From Acidobacteriota bacterium (GTDB lineage: Bacteria > Acidobacteriota > Thermoanaerobaculia > Gp7-AA8), in assembly GCA_019244185.1 (NCBI GenBank), contig JAFATB010000020.1, forward strand, positions 83,261-147,260: DNA of 64,000 nt, written 5' to 3'. The position numbers were made by a program, and so were the translations under genes. The notes under the pieces are model-generated. The model did no database searches. It was given only the letters and a program-made list of their open reading frames with translations, and was not told the origin of the DNA. This document shows positions 39,774 to 50,774 of this stretch, one piece after another (position 1 is the stretch's first letter; each line of letters starts with the position of its first letter).

Positions 39774-40908
39774 CCGATCGCCTCCACCACGCGCTGCAAC
39801 TCCCCGATGTCGACCGCGACGTCCTGAATGCGCGGCTGCAGCGGCGCGCCCGCGCGCGGACGCGCGTCGACGAGCCAGTAGTGATGTCCGAGCGCCGCGG
39901 CGAGCGCGTAGAACTGCGGGTTCGGAAACGTGACGTCGCTCAGCTCGACGACCTGCAAGCCGTCACGCGCGAAGAGCATGTTCGCGAGCCCCGCACCGTG
40001 CAGCGCCACGACCACCGCCGCCTCGCGCAGCAACGCGATCTGTTCCGCGAACGACAGCGTCTCCATCCGCACGCGTTCGTAGCCGCGTGGCTGGAGCAAC
40101 GCCCACACCGCGTCTTCGTTGATGAGCCGCCGGCGCTCGGCATCCCGCCTGCTGATGAACAGCTTGCGGCGGCGCGGCGTCGCATCGTCATCACCGATGA
40201 TCCGCGCGCGCAGCTCGCGCAGCAGTGACGGCCGATAGCTGTCGATACCGGTGACGACCAGCTCGTCGACATGCATCGCCGGCGCGAGCGGAATCGCGTC
40301 GTCGACGCCGAGGAGCCGCGTCGACGCGCCGACGACCCCGCCGATCTCCGACGGCTCCGGGAGCACGAGGGGCGCGTCCACACCGACGCGCTGCAGCAGC
40401 GCGATCTTCGTGAGATGCCACTGCAGCCAGTGCGCGTAGTTGCGATCCCACGCCTCGAGAATCCACGCCGCGCGCGGGACGTGCACCGGCGTCGCGGCGA
40501 GCATCGGCGCGTGAAAGCGCCGTTGGAAGCCGGTGCCGCGCACATCGACGTTTTCGCCGTTCGCGGTCACGATCGCGTATGCCGGTCGTTCCATTCGTTC
40601 ACCGCGCTCAGCACGCGCACATCGCGCAGCGTGGCGATGAACGTCTCGTCGACGCGTCGCCGCGGCACGTCGTAAAACGAGAACCCCGCGATCGACGCGT
40701 TGCGGCTCAGCGACTCGCGCGTCGCCACATTGCACGGCAGCGCGGCCGTGCTCTCCGACGGCGGATCGATCTGCCGGTACGCAAAGTCCCGCGGATCGCG
40801 CGACGGCAGAAAGCGATACCCGACGCGCGCCGGCGCAACGCCGAAGCGGGTCACGAGCTCGCGGCTGATGCGGTTGGCCACGCGCTCCGGCGTCAGCCGT
40901 CCGCGCAC
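39770..40908 (-). pseudogene. GT61 (DUF563) glycosyltransferase with a 1-nt frameshift near 40579 (real or sequencing error)
   Basis: ORF 40567-40908 joins the frame carrying NYAHW, FISRR..RR..NE, HGAGLAN. Confidence 0.75.
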
Positions 40909-41315
40909 GCGTCTCTCCAGCGCGCGAACGCCGCCATCACGTCCTCATGCCCGCGCAGCGGCTTGCGCGTCTCGCGATCGAGCCAGACGTGCGCGGAGAA
41001 GCCGGTCGCGTGCAGCACCTCGCTCGCATCGAACAGCTCGTACGCGAACGTCATCGCCCGGCTGCCGAGCTCCCCGATCGACGTGCGGATCACGACCTCG
41101 TCGTCGTAGCGGAACGGCACGCGGTACTTGCAGCCGATCTCCGTCACCACGAGCAGCACGCCGCGCGCCTCGATGTCCGCGTACGCGAACCCCGCGGCGC
41201 GGCAGAGATCCGTCCGGCCGATCTCGAACCAGACCGGATAGTTCGCGTGATGCGCGATGCCCATCTGATCCGTCTCTTTGTACCGCACGCGCACGCGCGA
41301 GGTGACGCTCCGCAC
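40893..41315 (-). CDS. Acyl-CoA thioesterase (YbgC/4HBT family)
   Basis: VRYKETDQMGIAHHANY..WFEIGR. Confidence 0.92.
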   Translation of the reverse strand: MRSVTSRVRVRYKETDQMGIAHHANYPVWFEIGRTDLCRAAGFAYADIEARGVLLVVTEIGCKYRVPFRYDDEVVIRTSIGELGSRAMTFAYELFDASEVLHATGFSAHVWLDRETRKPLRGHEDVMAAFARWRDACADG

Positions 41316-41376
41316 GCCGCGAATCTAGCACGGCAGAACTCTTGCTCCAGGCGTATCCTTGATGCGGGACGTCACG

Positions 41377-42360
41377 ATGGCAGGACGGAAACATGCCGCC
41401 CGATCCGGCGGACGAATCGTCGATGCGCTGATGATGCCGCTCCTCCTCGGCGGTGCCGCCATCGCTGCCGCCGACATCGGCCGCCGCATCTACCGCCACA
41501 CGCAGCTCTTCTGCCCGTCGCGCGAGCCGGCCATCAGCTGGAGCCCCGCCGACTACGGCATCCCCGAAGGCGCCGTCGAAGAACATTGGATCGATACGCC
41601 GGACGGCGAACAGCTGCACGCGTGGTATTGCCGCGCCGAACGTCCCGTCGCCAGCGGCGTCTTCTGCCACGGCAACACCGGCAACCTCACCACGAGCGCC
41701 GACGTCATTCCGCATCTCCTCGAGGCGGGCTTCAACGTCCTCTTCTTCGACTACCGCGGCTTCGGCCGCAGCACCGGCCACGCGAGCTTCCGCGGCGTCG
41801 TCGCCGACGGCGTCACCGCCGCGCGCTTCCACGACACGATTCGCCCGAAAGAGCTGCCGTCCGTTCTCTACGGCTACTCGCTCGGCGGCGCGATCGCCGC
41901 GCAGGTGCTGCGCCGCCATCCGTTCGACGCGCTCATCCTTCAGTCGACGTTCACGAACCTGCCGCAGCTCACGCGCTTCCTCTTCCCGCGCATCCCGCTG
42001 CATCTCCTCGCCGGCCGCGACGTCTTCGACACGCTGCGCGTCATGCGCGAGCTGCGCGTGCCGCTGCTCGTGCTGCACGGCACGCACGACGAGGTCTGCC
42101 CGTGCTGGATGGCGCACCGCCTCCACGACGCCGCGCCCGGGCCGAAGCGCATCTTCGCCATCGAAGGCGGGCTGCACAAAGACCTCTTCCACCGCGATCC
42201 CGACACGCTCATCTGGGCCATCTCGCAGTTCATCGCCGAGCTGCCGCACACGCATCCGACGCTCGCGCTCGAAGGGCCGCCGCTGCTCGAACATTGGCTC
42301 GACTCGCTGCTGCGCGGCGCCCGCAAACTGCTGCGGCGCAAGCTGCCGCAACATGCGTGA
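41377..42360 (+). CDS. Alpha/beta hydrolase (ABHD13/17-like)
   Basis: HGNTGN, DYRGFG, GYSLGG, HGTHDE. Confidence 0.88.
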   Translation: MAGRKHAARSGGRIVDALMMPLLLGGAAIAAADIGRRIYRHTQLFCPSREPAISWSPADYGIPEGAVEEHWIDTPDGEQLHAWYCRAERPVASGVFCHGNTGNLTTSADVIPHLLEAGFNVLFFDYRGFGRSTGHASFRGVVADGVTAARFHDTIRPKELPSVLYGYSLGGAIAAQVLRRHPFDALILQSTFTNLPQLTRFLFPRIPLHLLAGRDVFDTLRVMRELRVPLLVLHGTHDEVCPCWMAHRLHDAAPGPKRIFAIEGGLHKDLFHRDPDTLIWAISQFIAELPHTHPTLALEGPPLLEHWLDSLLRGARKLLRRKLPQHA

Positions 42361-42378
42361 TACAGTCGCGCGCCGCGC

Positions 42379-43500
42379 ATGAAGGCCGTCGTCAAGTCCG
42401 CTCCGCTCGATGGTCCCGAAGGCACCGCCGTCCGCGACTGCCCCGTCCCGAAACCGGGCCGCGGCGAGGTGCTGATCCGCGTCGCCGGCGCGGCGATCTG
42501 CGGGACCGACAAGCACATCTACCACTGGGATCCGTCGATCCGTGATTCGGTGCAGCCGCCGCGTATCTACGGCCACGAATTCTGTGGCTTCGTCGAGGCG
42601 CTCGGCGACGGCGCGGAGCGCGCGCATGAAGGGCGGCTCGCCGCCGGCGACTACGTCTCCGCGGAGATGCACGTCATTTGCGGCGAATGCGCGCAGTGCC
42701 GCAGCGGCAACGGCCACATCTGCGTGCGCACGAAGATCTACGGCCTGCACGAGGACGGCGCGTTCGCCGAGTTCGTGAAAGTGCCCGCCGAGAACGTGAT
42801 CAAGCTCCCCTCCTTCGTGCCGCCGCGCGTCGGCGCGTTCCTCGACGCCCTCGGCAACGCCGTGCACACCACGCAGATCGTCGACCTCGCGGGGAAAGCC
42901 GTCGCCATCACCGGCTTCGGTCCGATCGGCGCGATGTCGGCGGCGATTGCGGAGCACAGCGGCGCGACGACCGTCGTCGTCACCGACGTCAGCGATCACG
43001 CGCTCGAGACCGCTCGCCGCTGGGCTGCCGCGTGCAACTTCGGGAACCTGCACACCTTCAACGTGCGCACGACGCCGGCCGCCGAGGTGAAGAAAGCGAT
43101 CGACGCGATCACGGACGGCGTCGGCGTCGACGTCGTCTGCGAGATGTCCGGCTCCTCCGCCGCGATCAACTTCGGCCTCGACATCGTGCGCATGGGCGGC
43201 ACGCTCTCGCTCCTCGGATTGCCCGCAGGCCACTCCGTCACCATCGACGACTACACGCGCAACGTGATCTTCAAAGGCGTCACGATGCACGGCATCATCG
43301 GACGGCGCATGTACTCGACGTGGCAGCGGATGCTCTCGCTGCTGCGCGGCGGCCTCGACGTCGAATGGATCGTGCAGCAGACGTACGACACGCTCGACGC
43401 GTTCCACGACGGCCTCGCGAAGTTCGATCGCCACGAGGCGCTGAAAGTCGTCTTCTTCCCCGAGGGCGAGGCCGCCGCGAAAGCGCGCCTCGGCAAGTAG
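42379..43500 (+). CDS. tdh: L-threonine 3-dehydrogenase (zinc-dependent MDR family)
   Basis: ICGTDKHIY.WD, GHEF, SAEMH.C..C..C, LGNAVHT, GRRMYSTW. Confidence 0.85.
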   Translation: MKAVVKSAPLDGPEGTAVRDCPVPKPGRGEVLIRVAGAAICGTDKHIYHWDPSIRDSVQPPRIYGHEFCGFVEALGDGAERAHEGRLAAGDYVSAEMHVICGECAQCRSGNGHICVRTKIYGLHEDGAFAEFVKVPAENVIKLPSFVPPRVGAFLDALGNAVHTTQIVDLAGKAVAITGFGPIGAMSAAIAEHSGATTVVVTDVSDHALETARRWAAACNFGNLHTFNVRTTPAAEVKKAIDAITDGVGVDVVCEMSGSSAAINFGLDIVRMGGTLSLLGLPAGHSVTIDDYTRNVIFKGVTMHGIIGRRMYSTWQRMLSLLRGGLDVEWIVQQTYDTLDAFHDGLAKFDRHEALKVVFFPEGEAAAKARLGK

Positions 43501-44666
43501 TGCAGCGCATCGGCATCCTCACCGGCGGCGGCGACGTCCCCGGTCTCAACGCTGCGATCAAAGCATTCGTCTGGCGGATGACGGACGATCCGTGCGATTG
43601 CGAGATCATCGGCCTGCGCCGCGGCTGGACATCGCTCATCAACATCGTCCCCGAGGCGGGCGTCGATAACTCGGCGTGGATGCTGCCGCTGACGCGCGTC
43701 CGCACCCGCGCGATCGATCGCACCGGCGGAACCATCCTGCATACGTCGCGCATCAATCCGTCGATCCTCAAGCCGGAGCACATCCCGCCGCATCTCGAAA
43801 GCCAGAAAGGCGCGCCCGACGATCGCGGACGCTACGACCTCACCAAGGCCGCGCTGCGCGCGATCGAGTTCCTGCGTCTCGACTGTCTCGTCGCGCTCGG
43901 CGGCGACGGCACGCTCACGTTCGCGCGCCGCCTGCACGACGAGGGCGTGCCGATGCTGGCCATCCCGAAGACGATGGACAACGACGTCTTCGGCACCGAC
44001 TACTGCCTCGGCTTCTCCACCGCGGTCACGCGCTCGGTGATGTTCATCAACGACCTGCGCACGAGCGCCGGCTCGCACGAGCGCTTCCTCGTCGTCGAGC
44101 TCTTCGGCCGCAACTCCGGCGAGACGTGCCTGCTCGCCGCGTATCTCTCCGGCGTCGATCGCGCGCTCATCGCCGAGGTGCCGTTCGATCCCGACGTCGT
44201 CTACGAGATGCTCGCGCGCGACAAGGCGGACAACCCGAGCAACTACGCGGTCGTGGCGATCTCGGAAGGCGCGCAGACGATGGCCGGCACGCGCGTCGAA
44301 AGCGGCGAAGCCGACGCCGCCGGCCAGCGCAAGCTCGGCGGCATCGGCGGCGTGCTCGCCGAACATCTCGAACAGCGCGGCCGCGACAAAGTGATCTACC
44401 AGCGCCTCGCGTATCTCATGCGCAGCGGCGCGCCCGACTCGCTCGACCTCATCGTCGCCAACAACTACGGCTCCCTCGCCGCGGACCTGCTGCGCCGCGA
44501 GGAATCAGGACGCATGGTCGCCGTCGTCGACGGCCGCTACACCGCCGTCCCGATCTGGGTCAGCGGCCAGGGCCGCAAACGCGTCGACATCCGCCGCTTC
44601 TACGACGCCGAGGAGTACCGGCCGAAGGTCGCGGAAGTGATGGGCATGCCGATGTTCCTGCACTGA
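43500..44666 (+). CDS. pfkA: 6-phosphofructokinase (group III, GGDG/PKT type)
   Basis: LTGGGDVPGLN, GGTILHTSR, GGDGT, PKTMDND. Confidence 0.9.
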   Translation: MQRIGILTGGGDVPGLNAAIKAFVWRMTDDPCDCEIIGLRRGWTSLINIVPEAGVDNSAWMLPLTRVRTRAIDRTGGTILHTSRINPSILKPEHIPPHLESQKGAPDDRGRYDLTKAALRAIEFLRLDCLVALGGDGTLTFARRLHDEGVPMLAIPKTMDNDVFGTDYCLGFSTAVTRSVMFINDLRTSAGSHERFLVVELFGRNSGETCLLAAYLSGVDRALIAEVPFDPDVVYEMLARDKADNPSNYAVVAISEGAQTMAGTRVESGEADAAGQRKLGGIGGVLAEHLEQRGRDKVIYQRLAYLMRSGAPDSLDLIVANNYGSLAADLLRREESGRMVAVVDGRYTAVPIWVSGQGRKRVDIRRFYDAEEYRPKVAEVMGMPMFLH

Positions 44667-44675
44667 CGTGCGGCG

Positions 44676-46882
44676 TCAATGCCGCACAGACCTGCGATGC
44701 GGCCCGGTTACCGACGGCGGGTCGTCGGCCAGTCGATAGATTCCGCGTCCGTACGTCCCGGCGAGCAGCCGCCCATCCGCGGTCGTCGTGAACGACGTCA
44801 CTTTCACCGGCGGCATGCCGCTGTCGAACGGTTCCCAATCGCCCCCCGCGACGGAGCGGAACACGCCGATGTCCGTACCAACGTACATGCGCGAGGGATC
44901 GCGCGGATCGATGTAGATCGTCTGCATCGGCACGTCAGGAAGTCCGGCGCTGAAGTCGCTCCACGTCGCGCCGAAGTCGGTCGTGCGGAGCACGTGCTTG
45001 CCGCGATACGCGGTGAACGCGACGTACGCGTTCGACGGTGATGCGGGATCGACGGCGATGCCGCCGGCGTAGTGTTTTTCCGGCGGAGTGATGTCCGTCC
45101 AAGTCACACCCGCGTCGTGCGTCACCATCATGCGCCCAGCGGCGGAGCCGGTGTACACCACGCGCGGATCGCTCGCGCTGACGGCGATCGTCGTCAAGAC
45201 GTCGCCCGATCCGGTGGCGGGTTTGCCGTCGGTGAGATCGAGCGTGCCGGCGGGCGCGGTCCAGGTCGTACCGAAGTCGTGCGATGCGAAGATGCGGTTC
45301 GAGCCGATCCATACCGTGCCGTCTGCGCCGCGCACGAGCGGTGCGAGAAACGCGAAGCGCGCGCCGGGACCGAAGATCGTGCTGCTCCCGACCTGTTCCA
45401 CGGGACCGGTGCCATCATCGCGGCGACGAAGCACGATGCCCGTGAGCGAGACCATCAGCAGGCGCGAAGTCGCGGTGTCGAACACCTCGGCGCCGACGTC
45501 GCCGCCCAGCACTTCCGTCCACGTGCCGAACGCGCGCCCGCGCTGCAGACCGTTGTCCTGCGTGCCGCCGTAGACGATGTTCGGATCCGTCGGATGCGCG
45601 CGGATCGCGTAGAACTGCATCACCGGCAGCGTCTGCGCGAGCGACGCTACCGCAGCGCCGCCGTTCGTGCTGCGCGACAGACCTCCGTCGTTGCCGAGCC
45701 AGACGCGCGCGCCGTCCGCCGGATCGAACGCGATCGCGCGCGCGTCGGGATGCGTCTTGATGAGACTCCACGTCACGGCGCCGTCCGTGCTGCGCCAGCC
45801 ACCCTGGCCGCCGAGGAAGAACGTGCCGTCGTGCGGATTCACGGCGAGGAAATTGATCAGGCGATCGTGCGGCAGGTCGCCGCGACGGGTCCACGTCGCG
45901 CCGCCGTCGCTGCTTGCCGACAGCTGCCAGCGATCGTCTCCGCATCATCGGCGTCGACGCCGGCCGTGTACAACGTCCCGCCCGCGCGCGCGAAAAAATA
46001 CTCCGGCGGCACCTCGGGGCTGCCTTGCGGCAACACCAGTTGCCAGCTCGCGCCACCATCCGTCGAACGATAGACGCCGCCGGTGCCGATGGTCGTCGTG
46101 CGCGCGGCTCCGGCGAGAATCGTCGCGCCGTCGTCGGACGCGATGAGGAAGTCGTTGATCAGACCGGGGAACATCGAACGCCACGTCGCGCCGCCGTCCA
46201 CCGATTTCATCAGCGCGCGCACCGGCTGCAGCGTGCCGGCGGAATCGAGCGCCCGCCACTGCGCCATCCAGACGACGTTCTCATCGTGCGGATCGACGGC
46301 GATGCGCGTGATGATGCTGCGCGCAAACGCGGGCGTCGTCACCAGCCGCCAGTGCGCTCCGCCATCCGTCGACTTCAGCACGCCGTATCCCACGTGATCG
46401 CTGCCGGTCGCGGCGTAGATCACGTTCGGATTCGACGGCGCCATCGCCATCCCGGCGATCGAGAGGTCGTCCTGATCATCGCTCACCGGCCGGAACGATG
46501 TGCCGCCGTCCGTCGAACGCCAGATGCCGCCGCCCGACGTACCCACCACGATGTTCTCGGGATCGGCCGGCGAGATGATGATGCCGTTCACGCGTCCCGT
46601 CTGATCGTAGTCATCCGAGTGCGCGGCGAACGGTCCGATCGATTCCCAATGCGCCGGCGCAGCCGCGGCGTCGTGCTGCGCGTGCCACGCGCGCACGCGG
46701 CGCAGCGCCTCGTGTCGCGCGCCCGCCGGCGCGTCACAGGCGCGCGCGGAGAACGCGTCGCGCGCGGAATCTGCGGCTTCGGCCTCGAACCGATCGTAAC
46801 GGACGGCAGTGCGTTGGCCCGCGACGGCAGCAATGAGCAGCGCGGCGCAGGTCACGGTCAACATCGTTCGCGGCGTTCGCAT
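44676..46882 (-). pseudogene. Secreted BNR/Asp-box beta-propeller (VPS10-like) protein with a 1-nt frameshift near 45940 and C-terminal HRRSVRH tail
   Basis: Repeated S.DGG.TW boxes in both frames; GGTQDNG; GTYGRG. Confidence 0.8.
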
Positions 46883-46962
46883 GCACGCGATCGTAGAAGA
46901 GCCAGCGTCATGCGGCGGCACGCGCGACCGCATCGTTTGCAACAGATTTACGCCCTGCGGCG

Positions 46963-47397
46963 CTACACCGGCTCGACGAGCTCGATCGCCGTTCCCGCGA
47001 CGCGCTCGAGCTCTTTCACCCGAAAGGTGAGCAGCGTCTTCGCGCCGGCTTCGATCGCGGCGTCGACGAGCGCGGCATCGTAGGCGTCGCCGCCGCCGAT
47101 CGCGTCGACGCTCCAGCGGCGCAGCTGCGACCACGCGTCGCGCGTGCGCGGGCCGACGACGCGCGCGGAGCTGAAGTTGCTGCGCAAGAGATGAAACGCT
47201 TCCGGATGCCCGAGGCGGTGCTGGGCGGGAAGGCTGGTGAGGATGGCGTAGCTTTCGACGAGCACCGGCGCGGGGAGCACGAGCGCTTTCCGTGCGAGCG
47301 CGGATTCGAGCGCCGCACACGCCGCGCGATGGCGTTCGTGCCACGACACGAGCGCGGCCACGACGACCGTGGCGTCGGCGGCGACGCCGGTCGCCAT
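46963..47397 (-). CDS. vapC: PIN-domain (VapC) toxin
   Basis: AADATVV, LVESY..LT.LP, YDA, LLTF; TGATG overlap with the antitoxin. Confidence 0.85.
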   Translation of the reverse strand: MATGVAADATVVVAALVSWHERHRAACAALESALARKALVLPAPVLVESYAILTSLPAQHRLGHPEAFHLLRSNFSSARVVGPRTRDAWSQLRRWSVDAIGGGDAYDAALVDAAIEAGAKTLLTFRVKELERVAGTAIELVEPV

Positions 47398-47654
47398 CAG
47401 TCGCGCACCTTCCGCTGCGCCGCGCGCACGGTGCTGCGCGTCAGCGGCTCGCCGCCTTCGGCCGACACCGCCACCTGCAGCCGTCCGCGTTTCTCGATGC
47501 GCACCGGACGCCGCCGCGGCTCGATCTCGATGCGGCCCTCGCGGCAGGAGATCGTCAGAGGCATGCCCGGCTCGATGCCGGCTTCCTCGCGGATTTCCTT
47601 CGGGATGACCACGCGTCCGACGCGGTCGATGGTAATCGTGATGGGCTCAGCCAT
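47397..47654 (-). CDS. AbrB/MazE/SpoVT-family antitoxin
   Basis: TIDRVGRVVIPKEIREEAGIEPG. Confidence 0.9.
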   Translation of the reverse strand: MAEPITITIDRVGRVVIPKEIREEAGIEPGMPLTISCREGRIEIEPRRRPVRIEKRGRLQVAVSAEGGEPLTRSTVRAAQRKVRD

Positions 47655-47683
47655 GGCAATCCGTATGGTAACGTATTTGCCAT
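47629..47683. promoter_or_regulatory. Putative TA operator array
   Basis: ATGG at 47629, 47641, 47653 and 47665 (12-nt period; three are ATGGYAA), plus inverted TTGCCAT at 47677. Confidence 0.5.
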
Positions 47684-48698
47684 GAAACGCCTCGCCGCTC
47701 TTCTGACGCTCGCACTGCCGTTTGCGTTGCCGCTGGCGGCGCAGCAATCGTCCGCGTCGCAGCCCGATCCCACCGCGGCCGCGCTGCAATCGTACGCGAA
47801 CGCCACCGGCCACGCCTTCGAGGACGTCGACCGCGAGATCGACGATTTGATGTGGCACCAACGCCTCGGCGACGTGGCCGACATCGACCAGTTCGAGATC
47901 GCCAGCAGCAAGCCGTCGCGCGAGAAAAATCCCACCGGCCAGAACGCCGGCAACGCCGTCATCCTCCCACTCTACGTCTTCGCGCCGAAGGGCCTTCACG
48001 GCCGCGCGCCGATGATCGTCTTTGTCCACGGCGGCGTGCATGGCCGCATGACCTCCGATTACGCGCACGTTCTGCGCGAGCTTCTCGGCCACGGCTACGT
48101 CATCGTCGCGCCCGAGTACCGCGGCTCGATCGGTCACGGCGAGGACTTCTACGATCAGATCGACTACGGCGGCGCGGAAATCGACGACGTGCACGACGCG
48201 CGCAACTGGGCCGTCGAGAATCTGCCGAACGTCGATCCGAAGCGCATCGGCATCATCGGCTGGAGCCACGGCGGCTTCCAGACGCTGATGAACGTCCTCA
48301 CGTGGCCGGACGACTATCAGGTCGCGTACGCGGGCGTGCCGGTGAGCGATCTCGTCGCGCGCATGGGCTACAAGAGCGCCGGCTACCGCGCGACGTTCGA
48401 GGAGTTCATCGGCAAGCAGGCCGAGGACAACGTGATGGAGTACCGGCGCCGCTCGCCGGTCTTTCACGCGGACAAGCTGAAGACGCCGCTGCTGATCCAC
48501 ACCAACACGAACGACGAGGACGTGAACGTGCTCGAAGTCGAGCACATGATCGACGCGTTGAAGGCGGCCGGAAAGAAGTTCGAGTACAAGATCTATCAGG
48601 ACGCGCCGGGCGGACATCGCTTCAACCGCATCGACACGAAACTCGCACGCGAGTCGCGCGCCGAGGTGTGGACGTTCCTCGACCGGTATTTGAAGTAG
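47682..48698 (+). CDS. Secreted S9 family peptidase/esterase
   Basis: Signal peptide; HGG, YRGS.G.G, GWSHGG, D..V, GGH. Confidence 0.88.
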   Translation: MKRLAALLTLALPFALPLAAQQSSASQPDPTAAALQSYANATGHAFEDVDREIDDLMWHQRLGDVADIDQFEIASSKPSREKNPTGQNAGNAVILPLYVFAPKGLHGRAPMIVFVHGGVHGRMTSDYAHVLRELLGHGYVIVAPEYRGSIGHGEDFYDQIDYGGAEIDDVHDARNWAVENLPNVDPKRIGIIGWSHGGFQTLMNVLTWPDDYQVAYAGVPVSDLVARMGYKSAGYRATFEEFIGKQAEDNVMEYRRRSPVFHADKLKTPLLIHTNTNDEDVNVLEVEHMIDALKAAGKKFEYKIYQDAPGGHRFNRIDTKLARESRAEVWTFLDRYLK

Positions 48699-48710
48699 AT
48701 TCCGGCCTGC

Positions 48711-50768
48711 ATGAGACGGATCGTTCTGGCAGGCCTTCTTCTCCTCGCCCCCGCCCTCGCCGCGCTCGAGGGCAAATGGACGCCGCAGCAGATGCTGCAG
48801 CTCGACCCCGCGTGGCTGAAACAGCAGGGACTCGCGCTGCCGCCGTCGCGCTTGTGGGATCCCGCGCGCGGCAGAGGCCTCCTCGCCGCGACCGTGAACG
48901 TCGGCGGCTGCTCCGGCGGCTTCATCTCGCGCGACGGACTCTTCATCACGAACCACCACTGTCTCTTCGGCATCCTGCAGGAGCACGCGACGCCGCAGAA
49001 CGACATCATCACGAACGGCTTCCTCGCGCGGACGCGTGAGGCGGAGCTGCGCGGCCGGACTACCCGTTTGACGTTCCCGCGACGCTTCGTCGACGTGACG
49101 AAAGACGTGCTCGCGGCGGTTCCGAAAGACGCGACCGACGCGCAGCGCTACCGCGCGATCGAGCGCAAGTCGAACGAGCTCGTCGCCGCGTGCGAGCAGA
49201 AGCCGGGCACGCGCTGCCGCGTCGCCGCGCACGACTCCGGTGTGCAGTACGTGCTGCAGGAGATGGCCGAGATCGCGGACGTGCGGCTCGTCTTCGCGCC
49301 GCCGCGCGCGGTCGGCGAATACGGCGGCGAGATCGACAACTGGATGTGGCCGCGGCACACCGGCGACTTCGCCATCGGCCGCGCGTACGTCGACGGCCAG
49401 CCGTTCCATCCCGAGTTCTTCTTCCCCATCTCCGCGAAAGGCGCCGCGCCGAAGGACTTCGTGATGGTGCTCGGCTACCCCGGCATCACCTACCGCTCGC
49501 TGACCGCCGACGAGATGGAAGAGCGCACGCTCTTCTTCGGCGCGCGCGCCGACGTCTACGGCGAATGGCTGCGCCTCATCGACGAGGCGACGAAAGGCGA
49601 CGCCGCCGGCACGATCGCGCTGGCGAGCGACGTCAAGTCGCTGGCGAACTCGCAGAAAAACGCGGAAGGGCAGCTCGCCGGCTTCAAACGCGGCAGCATT
49701 CTCGAACGCCAGCGCACGAACGATCGCGCGGTGCTGCGCGCGCATCCCGAGGCCGCGGTCGCGTACGACGGACTCGCGGAGATGGCGCGTGAGAAGACGC
49801 AAACGCTCACGCGCGACTTTCTCCTCGATCGCCTGCGCATGACGCCGACGAGCCTCGGCGCGAACGGGCCGAAGGCGCTCGTCTTCGCCGTCGCCGTCGC
49901 GCGCTCGTCGCTCGAACGGCAGAAGCCCGACGCCGAACGCGACGAGACCTTCATGCAGCGGACGATCGGCCGCGTGCGCGATCAGCTCGAGCGGATGCAG
50001 AAGAGCTTCTACGCGCCCGCCGACCGCGCGATGCTCGCGTCGTATCTGCGCCGCGCCGCCGCGCTGCCGCAGTCGCAGCACATCGCCGCGCTCGACGACC
50101 TCGCGCCGCACCTCGACGAGCTCTACGCGCAGTCGAAGCTCTTCGACGTCGGCGAACGTCTGCACATGTTCGACGAAACGCCGGAGCAGTTGCACGCGCG
50201 CCACGATCCGCTCCTCGAGGCGGGCTTCGCGCTCGACCGCGAGCTGCGCGCGATGATGGAACGCCGCGATCGCTGGGAAGGCACGAGCTCGCGGCTACGT
50301 CCCGTCTGGCGGCGCGCGGTCGCAGCGCAGCGCGGACGTCCGCTCGATCCCGACGCGAACGGCACGCTGCGCGTCAGCTTCGCGCACGTGCAGGGTTACG
50401 CGCCGCGTGACGGCGTCTGGTACACGCCGCAGACCACACTGCGCGGAGTCATCGAGAAGCACACCGGCACCGAGCCGTTCAACGTGCCCGAATCAGTTCT
50501 GCGCGCGGCGCCCAAAGCGCTCGATCTTCCCGTCGACTTTCTCGCCGACGCCGACACCACCGGCGGCAACTCCGGCAGCCCGACCGTCAACGCGCGCGGT
50601 GAGCTCGTCGGCGTGAACTTCGATCGCGTGTGGGAGAACGTCGCCAACGACTTCGGCTTCAACGAGGACGTCGGCCGCAACATCAACGTCGACGTGCGTT
50701 ACTTGCTCTGGCTGCTGCGTGATGTACAACATGCAGACGAGCTGCTCGGAGAGCTCGGCGTCCGCTGA
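48711..50768 (+). CDS. S46 dipeptidyl peptidase (DPP11-like)
   Basis: EGKW, TNHHC, NWMWPRHTGDF, DTTGGNSGSP, FDRVWE. Confidence 0.93.
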   Translation: MRRIVLAGLLLLAPALAALEGKWTPQQMLQLDPAWLKQQGLALPPSRLWDPARGRGLLAATVNVGGCSGGFISRDGLFITNHHCLFGILQEHATPQNDIITNGFLARTREAELRGRTTRLTFPRRFVDVTKDVLAAVPKDATDAQRYRAIERKSNELVAACEQKPGTRCRVAAHDSGVQYVLQEMAEIADVRLVFAPPRAVGEYGGEIDNWMWPRHTGDFAIGRAYVDGQPFHPEFFFPISAKGAAPKDFVMVLGYPGITYRSLTADEMEERTLFFGARADVYGEWLRLIDEATKGDAAGTIALASDVKSLANSQKNAEGQLAGFKRGSILERQRTNDRAVLRAHPEAAVAYDGLAEMAREKTQTLTRDFLLDRLRMTPTSLGANGPKALVFAVAVARSSLERQKPDAERDETFMQRTIGRVRDQLERMQKSFYAPADRAMLASYLRRAAALPQSQHIAALDDLAPHLDELYAQSKLFDVGERLHMFDETPEQLHARHDPLLEAGFALDRELRAMMERRDRWEGTSSRLRPVWRRAVAAQRGRPLDPDANGTLRVSFAHVQGYAPRDGVWYTPQTTLRGVIEKHTGTEPFNVPESVLRAAPKALDLPVDFLADADTTGGNSGSPTVNARGELVGVNFDRVWENVANDFGFNEDVGRNINVDVRYLLWLLRDVQHADELLGELGVR

Positions 50769-50774
50769 CGCGCA

